A DNA stretch of 63,367 nt, filler included, from Guillardia theta CCMP2712 (taxonomy: Eukaryota > Protista > Cryptophyta), in assembly GCF_000315625.1 (NCBI RefSeq). It is 5 parts of 5 records of this genome, joined end to end, with 100 filler letters (N's around TTAATTAATTAA, not from the genome) between each part and the next. Parts side by side here need not be neighbours in the genome. Positions count along the whole stretch, not along the records: positions 30,311 to 55,541 come from NW_005434563.1; 4 more parts are not named here. One strand, 5' to 3'. Made by a program: the position numbers and the translations under genes. Within the stretch, counting starts at the first letter, position 1. Each line of letters opens with the position of its first letter. The notes beneath the pieces are model-generated. The model worked only from the letters and a program-made list of their open reading frames with translations, was not told the origin of the DNA and made no database searches. Below are positions 36,470 through 54,792 of the stretch, piece by piece.

Positions 36470-37245
36470 GGACCGTACCATAAGACTAGTACCGTAGTAC
36501 CGTACCGTAGTACCGAGTACGGTAGTACACTAATATTGAAGGCTTCACCCTGAGCCTGTGCCCGGCCCTGCCTCGGATCGGACACGGTGCCGGTGAGTGT
36601 GCAGTGCGGCCCGGCCCGCCAGAGGGGCGCCGCGACAACTCAGTAACCGGCGTGACTTCAGCGGCGGCTGTGATGGTCGGACTGTGACTCACAGTCCGAT
36701 CCGCCCGGCCGGAGTCCGGATTGGATCGGACAGGGCCCCGGCCCGGCGGTGTCAACCGTGAACTTCGAACCCGGTGAACTTCGGGACGGTAATACTGTGC
36801 ACTCAGTCATGACTATCATGCGGCCAGGTAGTATAGATCCCGAGGCTACCGTCGTACGGTACCGTACGATCGGGCCTCCGTGCCACCGGCAGCCTGGCAG
36901 TGCCCGGCCAGGCTGCTGCGGCCCGGCCAGTGCCCGGGCCCCGGGCCGGCCCCCGGGCGGCCGGCCCAGCCTGCCGCGCGGCGGCGGGCCGGCCCGGGCC
37001 GGGCCGCCGTTCCGATCCGCCGCAGTGAGCCGGGCCGGCCCGAGTGAGGCCGCCTCACCGTCTCAGGCTGCTCAGGTTGGTGGCGGCCCGCCCGGCGGGT
37101 GCCATGGTGCCCGCCCGCTGAGACCGTACGGTACGCCGTGACCGTCGGACTCAGTCCCGCGTGACCCGGGCCGCAAGGCGCCGGGCGGCCGGGCGCCCCC
37201 GCCGGGCCGCTGTGAGCGTGGGCCTGGCCTGAGCCTGACTGAGTT
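36470..37245. repeat. GC-rich intergenic tract built from short palindromes and hairpins
   Basis: Perfect inverted repeats at 36677-36699, 36852-36869 and 37044-37058; dense CCGG/GGCC, GTACGGTAC and ACTCAGT words. Confidence 0.8.
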
Positions 37246-37383
37246 GGAAAGAGAATGCCGACTGTAGTGAAGTAGTATCCTTGAACAAAAAGGAAAGTTT
37301 CGAATTATGTTGTATAATAATCTTCTGCATTTTACACTGGCATGTCTCTGAAGAGCACACTGAAACTGTATGCAGTTGCGCTC

Positions 37384-39218
37384 TCAGATCTTGTCGAAGA
37401 TCAAGCAAGCGTTGGTTCCTCCAAACCCGAAGCTGTTGGACAGAACCCGCGAAACCTGCCCGTCATACCTTTTGCGCAGGATGTTGAGGCCCTCGGCCTC
37501 GTCGCACAGATCCTTGATGTTGGCAGACTCGGCCAGGAAGCCGTTGTTGAGCATGAGAAGCGAGTAGATCGCCTCCTGCACTCCAGCAGCTCCCAGCGAG
37601 TGACCGGAGAGCGACTTGGTTGAGCCCACCATCGGGCTGTACCCGCGGGAGGAGTCCTCGACGAAGGTTCTCTTGATGGCCTGAAGCTCCATGGCGTCGC
37701 CGACGGGGGTTGAGGTGCCGTGAGTGTTGATGTAGTCGATCTTGCGAGCTCCGTTGGCCGACTTGTCCGCCATGGCCATCGCAATCTTCATGCACTTCTC
37801 TCCTCCGAAGCCGGAAGGAGCCACCATGTCGTAGCCGTCGGAGTTTGCTCCGTACCCCACAAGCTCCGCATAGATCTTCGCTCCTCTTGCCTTGGCTCTT
37901 TCATAGTCCTCGAGGATAAGCATGCCTCCTCCTCCGGCGATTACGAAGCCGTCGCGTGACTTGTCGAAGGCGCGAGATGCAGTCTCAGGCGTGTCGTTGT
38001 ATTTGGTCGAGAGAGCTCCCATGCAGTCAAACATCGCCTGCGTTCCACCATCACTACCTGCCTCCTCCTCCTCCTCCTCCTCCTCCTCCTCCTCTCATCA
38101 CCGTGAACTCCCACGCATCGTTTTCACCAGCTCCGCATGCAGCGATATCAGCCTTGCCCAGCTGAATTTGCTCCATCCCAACACCTGCTTACTATTAGCC
38201 GAGCCAGCAGCCCTGCCATGGCTCACCGATGCAGTGAGCGCCGGTAGAGCAGGCGGAAGAGATGGAGAAGGAGGGGCCCTGAAGCTTGAAGGCCGTGGAG
38301 AGAACAGCAGAAACAGTGGACCCCATAGTACGAGTGACCCTGTAAGGGCCGACCTTGTTGGCCCAACGAGGAGCTTTGCTCTTGACAGCGTCAACCGTCT
38401 CTACGACATCTTCGATGGAAGTTCCTCCCTGACCGAGGATGGAAGCAAACCTGGGGTTGCTCTGGTAGTCCGCCTCCTTGAGACCAGCATCGTCGAGGGC
38501 GTTCTTGAGGGCAATGTACGCGTACTCTATGAAGGACAGAGTCAGCTCAGCGCATACATGTACGAGATAGCAGGGCTCAAAGAACAAGCAAGGAAGCAAA
38601 CTCTGCTTGAGCTACTTTGCAGACACACAACAGGAAATTTTGACCTCGACTTGCTCACACACAAAGCGGTCAAACTCACTTGCGTTTCCGCCCATGAACC
38701 TGAGGGCCTGGCGGGGAATGAGCTCCTTGAAGTCAGCCTCGGTGAGCTGAGGCCACCCGCACACGTTGGACTTGAGGCCGAGGTCGGCAAACTCCTGGCG
38801 GAAGCGGATCCCTGACTTGGCTTCCTTCAAGTTGCTGGTGACAGTCTCCAGGTCGTTTCCAAGACAGCTCGTGATACCCATCCCGGTCACCACGACTCGG
38901 CGAAGTCCCGAGGCCTGCATGGTGACCTAGAGCTCAAGAGATAAGCTACACGCGCAGAAACAATACAAGCGAACATGGGGACAAGATCACGCGAAGCAGG
39001 CAGAAGAAACGCAACAAGAAGCAGCATGAATCACGTCAGACCACCTGTGCCTTGCCGTTTCGCCTGCCTGCCGCGAGACGGGGAGACACGAGACGAGACG
39101 TCGGGCTAGGGCCATGGCTCTTGAGAGAGGACAAGGATCCCGGGAGGACGTGGGGAGAGGGAGGAGCAAACGCCGCGATCGCGGACAGCGAGGAGGCCAA
39201 CAGGACAACTCGCAGCAT
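37384..39218 (-). CDS. fabB: Plastid-targeted beta-ketoacyl-ACP synthase I (FabB type)
   Basis: Bipartite presequence [19 protein letters not shown]; [22 protein letters not shown] (catalytic Cys), [23 protein letters not shown]; FabB-like [10 protein letters not shown] and YQSNPR. Confidence 0.95.
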
Positions 39219-39244
39219 GGCGGCCAGCGCGGGAGGGGAAGGGG

Positions 39245-39250
39245 TTATAA
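39245..39250 (-). promoter_or_regulatory. TATA-like box of fabB
   Basis: TTATAA flanked by C runs, ~27 bp upstream of the ATG. Confidence 0.45.
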
Positions 39251-39848
39251 GGGGCTGGCTTAAAAGCGCAGAGATTAGTGGAATGAAAAAACAAAGCTGG
39301 ACATCCGCTAGACATACCCAATATTATCAAGGGAAATGTACCGGTACTAGAAAAACAATAGTATCTATATCCAGATAACTAAAAACTCTTGTTACGACGA
39401 GAGTCGTTCCCGACGGGTTGACCTCAAAGGTGGCCATCTGGAGTTGGCAACCTGCTTGACTGCAACTTGACTCAAGAGCCGAAGTGAGCGAGCGATGAAT
39501 GGAGGGCAGTGCTGCAAGAGCTGTGGTGCGCATCATGCAAACACAGGGAAGAGGATGGAGGAGAGGTGGAGTTGAAGGTGTGGACTGAAAAACCATGCCA
39601 TAGATCAGGATCTGACCGCTTTTGTGATGTCTTATCAGTTGATTTATCATAGCTATCTCATATTGTTTCACGCAAGGTATCACAACATGTACAACTTTCC
39701 AGAGAATTCAAAGATAGCGCAGCGTCGGTAAGAAGACTGGAAGTCCCCCTGGGCATACCATTCTGTACAGCAACCAACAAAATACCGGTTGCGACGTTCT
39801 TCTGGATATTTTTTTTTTTTGCGACTTCATATCGAGCAGGTCATCAAC

Positions 39849-41402
39849 CTAGACCCTGTGTTGCTGATTCATACCAGGGAGCAAACTTGAGAGCTGAGTC
39901 TGTAGGAGCTGTAGGAGAAGGCGTTGCTGAAACTCGTCCGCCTGTCCAGAGCCAGCCTGATGGCCTTGCTGACCCAGCTGCATATAATCTCTCAGACCCC
40001 CCCCCATGCCCTGACCCTGACCCTGAAACGATCCCTGTTCCCCAGCTCTAATCCCGAGGCCCTGACCTCCGTCTGTTCCTGCCATCATCTGACCCAAGTT
40101 GCCAAAAGCAGCCCCGGACATCCCTTGACGGAGCATCCCCCGGGCCTCACCCATCCAAGGCCCCGGCTGAGGCATCGGCTCTGCATGGGAGGCTCGCTGC
40201 TCCACAGCAATCGGGAACTGATTGACTAATTGGGTGGCCCGGTTCAAGATCTGCTGCTGCTGCTCCAGGATGAGCTGCTGCTGCTCTGTGAACTTCTTGA
40301 GGAGGGCCGCGATCTCTCCAGACGCGCCCGACTTTACCGGCTCGATTTGAAACACCTGCTTGGAGCTGTTTGACCGATCCGAAGAAGTCTCTAGCGAACT
40401 CTCTGAAGTCTCTGATCCCTCCTTGTCCCTTCCAGTCTGCAGCTGCTCTGCACCTGAGTGCGGATTGCACGCTAGAGAGCATTGAGCTTCCTTTAACCTT
40501 GCATGCTTCCCCGACTCCTTCCCTGTCCGCCTTCGCTCTCCATGCTGTGACTCCCCTCTCCGCTTTGACCCTGCCGAGCACTCCGATGATCCTTCTGACC
40601 TGTACCCATTGTCCATTAGCCCACCCCTCCCTCCTGTCCTCTCCGTCCCCTTCGGTTCCTTCCCCTCCCCTAGCAGCTCTGGCATCGATTTGCGAACGCC
40701 GTCCTTGTGCGCCCCGCATTGCTCCGACCGGCCCGTGTCCGACGAGGTCGTTGACTTTGACTGCATGCTTGACGTCGGGCTGCTCGAGCCCTCTGGTGAG
40801 CCGCTCGATGACCCCTTGGGGTTGCACGCGTCGCTGCTGTCCTCCGCCTGGGACTCCTTGGCCGAGCTCTGCTCGCACATGGTGCTTGTCTCTGATCCCG
40901 AGCAGGTCTCCTGTACACTGCCCTCATCTTTGTCTGGCTGATGCATCTCCTCAGCCATCTCATGACCGTCGGAGTCATGAGAGTCTCCGCTCTTGTCGTT
41001 TCCTTGCCGCATGTGCGCGAGCTTCCGCTTCTTGTTAGCCTGCCGTTTTCTCTCCTTGCACGCATCAAGCTCCTCCGTCGACTCCTTTTCCTCGTCTGTC
41101 CAGAGAGGCTTGGTAGCCTCGGCCCATGTCCTGCGGTTCCATATGTCGCGGACGGTCTTGGAGCTCACGCCATACTTCTTTGCGATGAACGTGCTTTCTA
41201 CAGTCGCGTACCCTGTCTTCAGGCAACGCTCAGCGAAGATCTCGAGGGCGAGCTTGGACGATAAAGACTTTTTTTTTGCGTTGCTATCTCTGATGTCATC
41301 GTCGTTGTGAGTGCTTTGGGATTGAGCGGCAGAGGCAGCAGAAGCTTTCAATGATGCTTCAATGAGGTCATCTAGACCTCTGTTAGGTTTGTTTCCTTCC
41401 AT
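39849..41402 (-). CDS. HTH DNA-binding protein, paralog A (intronless)
   Basis: LALEIF...STFIAKKYGVSSKTVRDIWNRRTWAEATKPLW helix-turn-helix; basic NLS-like RKRQANKKRK; Ser-rich and Gln-rich regions. Confidence 0.8.
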   Translation of the reverse strand: MEGNKPNRGLDDLIEASLKASAASAAQSQSTHNDDDIRDSNAKKKSLSSKLALEIFAERCLKTGYATVESTFIAKKYGVSSKTVRDIWNRRTWAEATKPLWTDEEKESTEELDACKERKRQANKKRKLAHMRQGNDKSGDSHDSDGHEMAEEMHQPDKDEGSVQETCSGSETSTMCEQSSAKESQAEDSSDACNPKGSSSGSPEGSSSPTSSMQSKSTTSSDTGRSEQCGAHKDGVRKSMPELLGEGKEPKGTERTGGRGGLMDNGYRSEGSSECSAGSKRRGESQHGERRRTGKESGKHARLKEAQCSLACNPHSGAEQLQTGRDKEGSETSESSLETSSDRSNSSKQVFQIEPVKSGASGEIAALLKKFTEQQQLILEQQQQILNRATQLVNQFPIAVEQRASHAEPMPQPGPWMGEARGMLRQGMSGAAFGNLGQMMAGTDGGQGLGIRAGEQGSFQGQGQGMGGGLRDYMQLGQQGHQAGSGQADEFQQRLLLQLLQTQLSSLLPGMNQQHRV

Positions 41403-42537
41403 CGCAGATCACTTCGTCATGCAGATCACGAGACGGGTTATGCTTGAAAGCGAGGGCTGGGTACGGTTCTGTTGTTGAGCTTGTCTTGTATCCTGTTGCC
41501 TATGATATTCACTCCCGCTTGATCCTCCTCCTGCTTGCTCTCCTTACATGTGGAAAATGGAGGGGTCCTTTGTTTTTGGGGTGGGGTGGAGCCTATATAC
41601 CCTTTCACCCCTAAAAATATAGCTATATTACCCGGTTAGTGAACCAATCGTTTTTGTGATGTTGGGGGTGGGTAGTTTTGATACGGTGGGGTCAAATAGA
41701 AAAAGGGTGGAGTAGGAGTGGGTCCCCCCGAGTCAGAGACTAAGGGAGATACAGCAACGGAGGCAGGAGGATATCAATAATTTGCTTGAGAACACATATG
41801 ACATCAGGAGAGTATAGCACCAAAGGTACAAATTCAACGACTGTAACCTTGGGGCCCATTATTGGGATCGGAGAAATGGGGTGGTAATGCAGGGGTGGTG
41901 AGCGCGAATTTAGAACGCTTCAGTGGGAGAGTTCAGGAAGAGATGCGTTTTCTTAAAATCATTGTCAGCACGAAGGTTGGGGTGGTGGGGGTGGGGTGGT
42001 TAGAGTTTGCCTGGTTGTGTGAATAACGGGACTCTTGCATTTCCTGGAGTATACAATGCAATGAGCAGCGAAACGAAGGTGCGGCGGTAAAGCAGACGAA
42101 GTATGCCAATTGGTAGAGTATGCACCGCAGTTGTATGTATGTATACGTTTCTCCCTTCATACTTCTTTCTTACCAAGGATTACGTGGTTCGACACATCTT
42201 GGCTGCTCCTTTCTTGCTTTTCTTGCTCGTAAAATCTTGCTCGTAAAACAAGAATGCTTTTCCTACCATGATAATGGGAGCGACACACTCGTACCAACGA
42301 CAACTATATATTACGTTATCAAGAAGAAATGTGTTGAGTCATCGCAAAAAATGCTGAATTGAAGCAACAAACAAATGAAGCACGGGATTTATTTATCGTT
42401 TTTATTTAAATTGCACGGTACCTTAAGCAAAGCAGTAAACACAAGAAATCATACAATGATCAAATCCATTTACACGATATAAACAAATATGGTACGACCA
42501 ACCATCTCGCATTACCCTGATTCATCAATGCACATGG

Positions 42538-43965
42538 TCAGCCTCGTTTGACGTAAGGGAACACAGAAGCATTTGACGCCGAGAGCTGTCCCTGCAGGAG
42601 TTGCAGAAGAAGGGCCTGGTTAACTGCCCCCATCTGCTGACCTTGCGGTTGTCCTCTCTGAAAAGCTCCTCCCATTAGGTTTTCCTGACCCTGATGACCT
42701 CCATGTCTCCATCCCTCAATGACTGGTGCCCTGTGGCGAACTCCCTCTTCCCATGCCGCCCTCTGACCACCGCTGACAACATTCGCCCCGGACATCTCTC
42801 CAAACTGAAGTAATCCAGATTGGCCATTGAAGCAGTTGCTCACAGCACAGTTCGATTGAGATCCAACCAGCGTCTGCCCTCCTTGCGATATCCTACAATC
42901 CAACACCATCTGCAAAGTGTTGCCTTTGTCCAAGATCTGCTGCTGCTGCTCCAGAATCTGCTTCTGCTGCTCCGTAATGTGCTTGAGAAGGTTGGCGAGC
43001 TCCATACTAGCAAGACCATCATCCTTGTCCGACTGAACACTGCGAGAGTTGTTGTGTGACTGTAACGCATCAAGAGACCACCACACTGCTTCTGAGGCGG
43101 CTTCATCCGTCCTGCTTCGACCTCTATGCTGTGACTCCCCTCTCCGCTTTGACCCTGCCGAGCACTCCGATGATCCTTCTGACCTGTACCCATTGTCCAT
43201 TAGCCCACCCCTCGGTCCTTTCCTCTCCGTCCCCCTCGGTTCCTTCGCCCCGCATTGCTCCGACCGGCCCGTTTCTGATGAGGTCGTTGACTTCGACTGC
43301 ATGCTTGACGTCGGGCTGCTCGAGCCCTCTGGTGAGCCGCTCGATGACCCCTTGGGGTTGCACGCGTCGCTGCTGTCCTCCGCCTGGGACTCCTTGGCCG
43401 AGCTCTGCTCGCACATGGTGCTTGTCTCTGATCCCGAGCAGGTCTCCTGTACACTGCCCTCACCTTTGTCTGGCTGATGCATCTCCTCAGCCATCTCATG
43501 ACCTTCGGAGTCATGAGAGTCTCCGCTCTTGTCGTTTCCTTGCCGCATGTGCGCGAGCTTCCGCCTCTTGTTAGCCTGCCGTTTTCTCTCCTTGCACGCA
43601 TCAAGCTCCTCCGTCGACTCCTTTTCCTCGTCTGTCCAGAGAGGCTTGGTAGCCTCGGCCCATGTCCTGCGGTTCCAGATGTCGCGGACGGTCTTGGAGC
43701 TCACGCCATACTTCTTTGCGATGAACGTGCTTTCTACAGTCGCGTACCCTGTCTTCAGGCAACGCTCAGCGAAGATCTCGAGGGCGAGCTTGGAACACAA
43801 GGATCGTTTTTTTGCTTTGAAATCTGCCTCGCCATGCCTTTGTTCAGATTGGCTGACAGCTGATTCGTGCCCTGGATGGTTTGAAGATGATTTGTATGCC
43901 CCAAAAGATCCGGATTTGTTTTGAAAGAATTGAGCAAAGTCAAGCTTTTCTTTGAACCCATCCAT
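42538..43965 (-). CDS. HTH DNA-binding protein, paralog B (intronless)
   Basis: Same HTH and Ser-rich core as 39849-41402, with divergent termini. Confidence 0.8.
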   Translation of the reverse strand: MDGFKEKLDFAQFFQNKSGSFGAYKSSSNHPGHESAVSQSEQRHGEADFKAKKRSLCSKLALEIFAERCLKTGYATVESTFIAKKYGVSSKTVRDIWNRRTWAEATKPLWTDEEKESTEELDACKERKRQANKRRKLAHMRQGNDKSGDSHDSEGHEMAEEMHQPDKGEGSVQETCSGSETSTMCEQSSAKESQAEDSSDACNPKGSSSGSPEGSSSPTSSMQSKSTTSSETGRSEQCGAKEPRGTERKGPRGGLMDNGYRSEGSSECSAGSKRRGESQHRGRSRTDEAASEAVWWSLDALQSHNNSRSVQSDKDDGLASMELANLLKHITEQQKQILEQQQQILDKGNTLQMVLDCRISQGGQTLVGSQSNCAVSNCFNGQSGLLQFGEMSGANVVSGGQRAAWEEGVRHRAPVIEGWRHGGHQGQENLMGGAFQRGQPQGQQMGAVNQALLLQLLQGQLSASNASVFPYVKRG

Positions 43966-45761
43966 GCTTTCAAGTTCTCATCGATATCTGTAGTAAATGT
44001 CAAACCTTGAAACTTTCTAAGCAATGGTTTTTGAAAATTAAGGCAGAAAGGCATGATTCAAGACATAGGGCGAAAACAATGTTCTTGGATGAGTTGAGGC
44101 AAGCAAATCATATCAATGAGAGACAAACATCATTGACTTCTCAACAAAGTTGCTTATCGTTATTGCGACTGGTTTGCTTATGCCAGAAGCAGCAGGAAAA
44201 TGTGAGCAAGCAAAATTAGGGAAGAGTGACGAGTCAGCATCAGTGAGCGCGAGCGAGAGTATTCAAAAGAGGAGGAGAGGAGGAGAGGAGGAGAGGAGGA
44301 GAGGAGGAGAGGAGGAGAGGAGGAGAGGAGGAGAGGAGGAGAGGAGGAGAGAAAGCGAAAGTGAAGGTGAGACAGCAAGTAGGCCAATGAGACAGGAAGG
44401 ACTGGGGCATGGAGGATACGCACAGCGAGGTTTCGAAAAGAGAAGAGATTATGGGGAAGATGTAGACAGGTGAAAACGAGATAAGGGGGTAGGGGTATGT
44501 TTTTGAAGGGCACTTCCCAGCACGGGATAGGAGATACCCATGAGGAGGGAGGCTAATTCAAATTTCATATAAATGTAATTAAAGAATACAACATGTAGAG
44601 ACCCATGGAGCAAAATGTGTCAGGAAGGCCCTGGGACGACTTATTATTTTCGATCGGGTTTCCAGACAAGTAGAGGGTTGTGTAAGATGGTCTAAAAACA
44701 AAAAAGATACATTTCGCTGGGAGACTTTTTGAAAAGAGATAGTTTGGTAAAACCAAGTCATCTCCAAAAAGGGCCATCATCTTGGAACGATTTGTGCAAA
44801 TATATAATCTTTTAATTTCAGGAATTCATTTTCAAGTGCTTTTGAGACTTCCAATTAAATATCATTTGTAAATTTGTACTGAATCAGTCAATCACATGTA
44901 CCCACGCTTATGACATTGAAAGCATATTTTGGGGTACTTTAACTTGAAACACAATCTTTCGGAAACCATCTAGAATACCTTGTAAACAAACATCCTGTCA
45001 GGTTCAAGCAAGGCATTGAAAATTAGTACCCAAAAGGAATTTAGAGCTCACAATTTGGGAGGGCCTGGGGCACAATTCAAGTTTAAAAGGGTCAGCAGCG
45101 TTTAGCTGGTCACGCTGCCATCGGTCACGAGGGAGTCTGATCACCCCGGAGACCACCCCCTACCACCCCCGTAAGCCACACCTTAAAAGGACGTGCGAGC
45201 CAACATAGACTTAACTTGAGTTAAAGACAGACAGTCATAGCCTGCTTAAGTGAAGGTATCAGTTAAGTTTGGGGGACAGCAGTCGGCAGGATTGGTTCTC
45301 GCTGTCTTTTCTCTTCTCGCCGTTAAGTTATTACTGTGAACAACGGTTTGATAACGGTTCCTGTGAAAGTTTGTCCAGGTCAGGCCCGCCCCGTCGAGTC
45401 GTCTATTTTCGGGGAGAATGGCTGGAGAAGCGATATGCTGATCACTGCATGAACACGTGAGAGGTGACATGCCCTCCCGCCTCCTGATCCTCCTGCTCCA
45501 CCACCACCTTTGTATCCTGCTGCTCCTGCTGCTGTTGCTTTCCCCGCTTGTCCTCCTCCTGACACATTGCTGCCTGCACCCAAACATGAACATATGACAG
45601 CTACCAGCATAGTCTTCTTCTCTGTCAACAGAACCAACAAAGCATGGCTGTTACCTGTCCTCATTTTCGCATTTACCCGCTTTTCTGTGCCTGTATTCCT
45701 CGTTCCCTCCTCCGCTACTCTTCGTCTTCTTGATGCCGTGGAGCCTGACTATGATGGTAGA

Positions 45762-52583
<6,822 letters not shown>

Positions 52584-52649
52584 GGAGGAGAGGGGGAGAG
52601 CAGAGCAGAGCAGGTTGCGGGGATAATGAAGTTCAAGTTGATCTCAAGG

Positions 52650-52912
52650 CCCAGTCTCGAGTCTCTGAGAGTGGCACTCAGTCCTTCTTAGTGCCGGCAC
52701 AGGCCGCTGCCATGATGCGGCTCAGTCACCATGTTCGCACTGCCGTGCCTATGGTAGTCCCGGGAGAGCCTTTCGCCGGCCGGGCCGGGCCCACACTGAG
52801 CCGCGAGCCTCGGACGCGGCTGAGCTGACTGAGTCAGGTGCCCCCGGGGCCCGCCGCGCACCCCGGGGCCCGGTACGGTCGGACGGTCTCACCCGGCGGC
52901 GGCGGCCCGGAT
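52650..52912. repeat. Second GC-rich palindromic intergenic tract
   Basis: CTGACTgAGTCAG hairpin at 52825-52837; CCCCGGGG twice; same word set as 36470-37245. Confidence 0.7.
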
Positions 52913-54018
52913 GAGACAGGATGAGAAGGATGACAAGTGGGTGTGAGGGGGATGATGTCAGGGGAGAATATCGGGCATGCGACCTCATACGAAGGAGTTG
53001 CGACGAGAAGAGAAGAGAAGAGAAGAGAAGATGAGAGGAGAGGCGAGAAGAGAAGAGAAGAGGAGAGGAGAGGAGAGAAGAGAAGAGGAGAGAAGAGAAG
53101 AGGAGAGGAGAGGAGAGAAGAGAGAAGAGGAGAGGAGAGGAGCAGAGAGAAGAGAAGAGAAGAGAATGCTCATAGGAGAGGACCAGGCCAAAACCAAGAG
53201 GGGAGAAGAGGAGCAGAAAAGATAACGGGAGGAATAGAGGGAGAGAAAAGGAGCAGAGAAGAGAAGAAGAGAAGAGGAGGAAAGAAGTGGAGGAGAGAAA
53301 AGGAGGAGAGAAGAAGAGCAGCGAAGAGAAGGAGAGGGAGACAGGAGAGGAGCATGCAAGGACTTGAGTGTACGAGTAGGTTCAGTCGATGCTGATAGCC
53401 AGCGTCTGGGAAGGATGCGGGGGTCTAGAGGAGGAAGAGAGGATCGGAGTCGCTGCGACAGCATGGTGACAGCTACACAGGATCAGGATCAGGGCATGGA
53501 GGAGGAGGAAGCTCCACAGGAGCGAAACGACAAGGCAGAGCTCGGCCTGAAGAAGATGCCTGTACCTCCTCCCGTCCCTCCCGAGATGAAGGAAAAGGTG
53601 GCGGCAGCGTCATATACCGCCTCCTCCTTCGAGGATGAAGTTGAGATGCTGTGAAGAGTGTGGCGGGAGAGGCAGGGGAGATGACTGGGAGAGGCAGGAG
53701 GAAGGAGCTGCGCAAGACCAAGAAGCTGCCAGACAAGGACCCCACAGGGTTCGCGCATGCCATGCAGGAGCTGACGGCGGGCAACCGCGTGTGGGGGGTA
53801 CCCAAGTGATAAGAAGAGGCAGGGGAGGAGGAGGAAGGAAGGTGGATGTGGGGGCAGGGCAGGGGGAGATTGGGAGGCAACGGGGGGGAGGAGAGAGGAG
53901 GGAAGTTGAGGGGAGGGAAGTTGAGGGGAGGGAAGTTGAGGGGAGAGGAGGGGAGTGGAGGGGAGAGGATGTGTCTAACTGGTATGTTTCACTCTCAATC
54001 AATAAATCAGCACTAGCT

Positions 54019-54714
54019 CTAAGCAGGATGATACTTCCCCTCGCATCCTGACAAGCCATCAGCTCCTCCTCCTCTCCTTCTCCTTCTCCCCTCCCTTCTT
54101 CCTTCCTTCCTCCTCCTCTTCTTCCTCTCCTTCTTCTTCCCTCCTGCCCTCCTCCTGCCCTCCTCCTGCTCCTCCCCTCCTCCCCTCTCTTCCGCCAATC
54201 TTGCCTCCGCGCCCGTTCTCACCGTTCCTTTCGTCGCTGCACCCTAACAAATTCTTGGCAATCCCGTTGAATCGCGGCAGGAGGCGAGAGCATAAGATGC
54301 TGCGAGACATCAGCACAGGGCGAGCAGGGGAGAAGAGTAAGATATGAGCAGCGAGAGAAGAGCAAGTGGACGACAGAGGGGAGACTAATAGGACAGAAGG
54401 GAGAAGAGATGAGAGTAGGGAAGGAGAGGAGACGGTCACCATGGGAACATAAAGATGGATGCTCACTTCAAGGAAAAAAGGCGACCTGAGGTGCCGTATG
54501 GGAAGGAGGAAATGAAGTTGCAAACTTGTCTGACAAGAAAGACGAGAGATGACGAGCGAAGGGGATACTGGAANNNNNNNNNNNNNNNNNNNNNNNNNNN
54601 NNNNNNNNNNNNNNNNNNNNNNNNNNNNNNNNNNNNNNNNNNNNNNNNNNNNNNNNNNNNNNNNNNNNNNNNNAGGACGAGGACGAGGACGAGGACGAGG
54701 ATGAGGACGAGGAT

Positions 54715-54792
<78 letters not shown>

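Noticed and set aside
36486-37141. Pro/Gly/Arg-rich ORFs in the GC-rich tract
   Set aside because: Stop-codon depletion from extreme GC content; no domain or splice signature.
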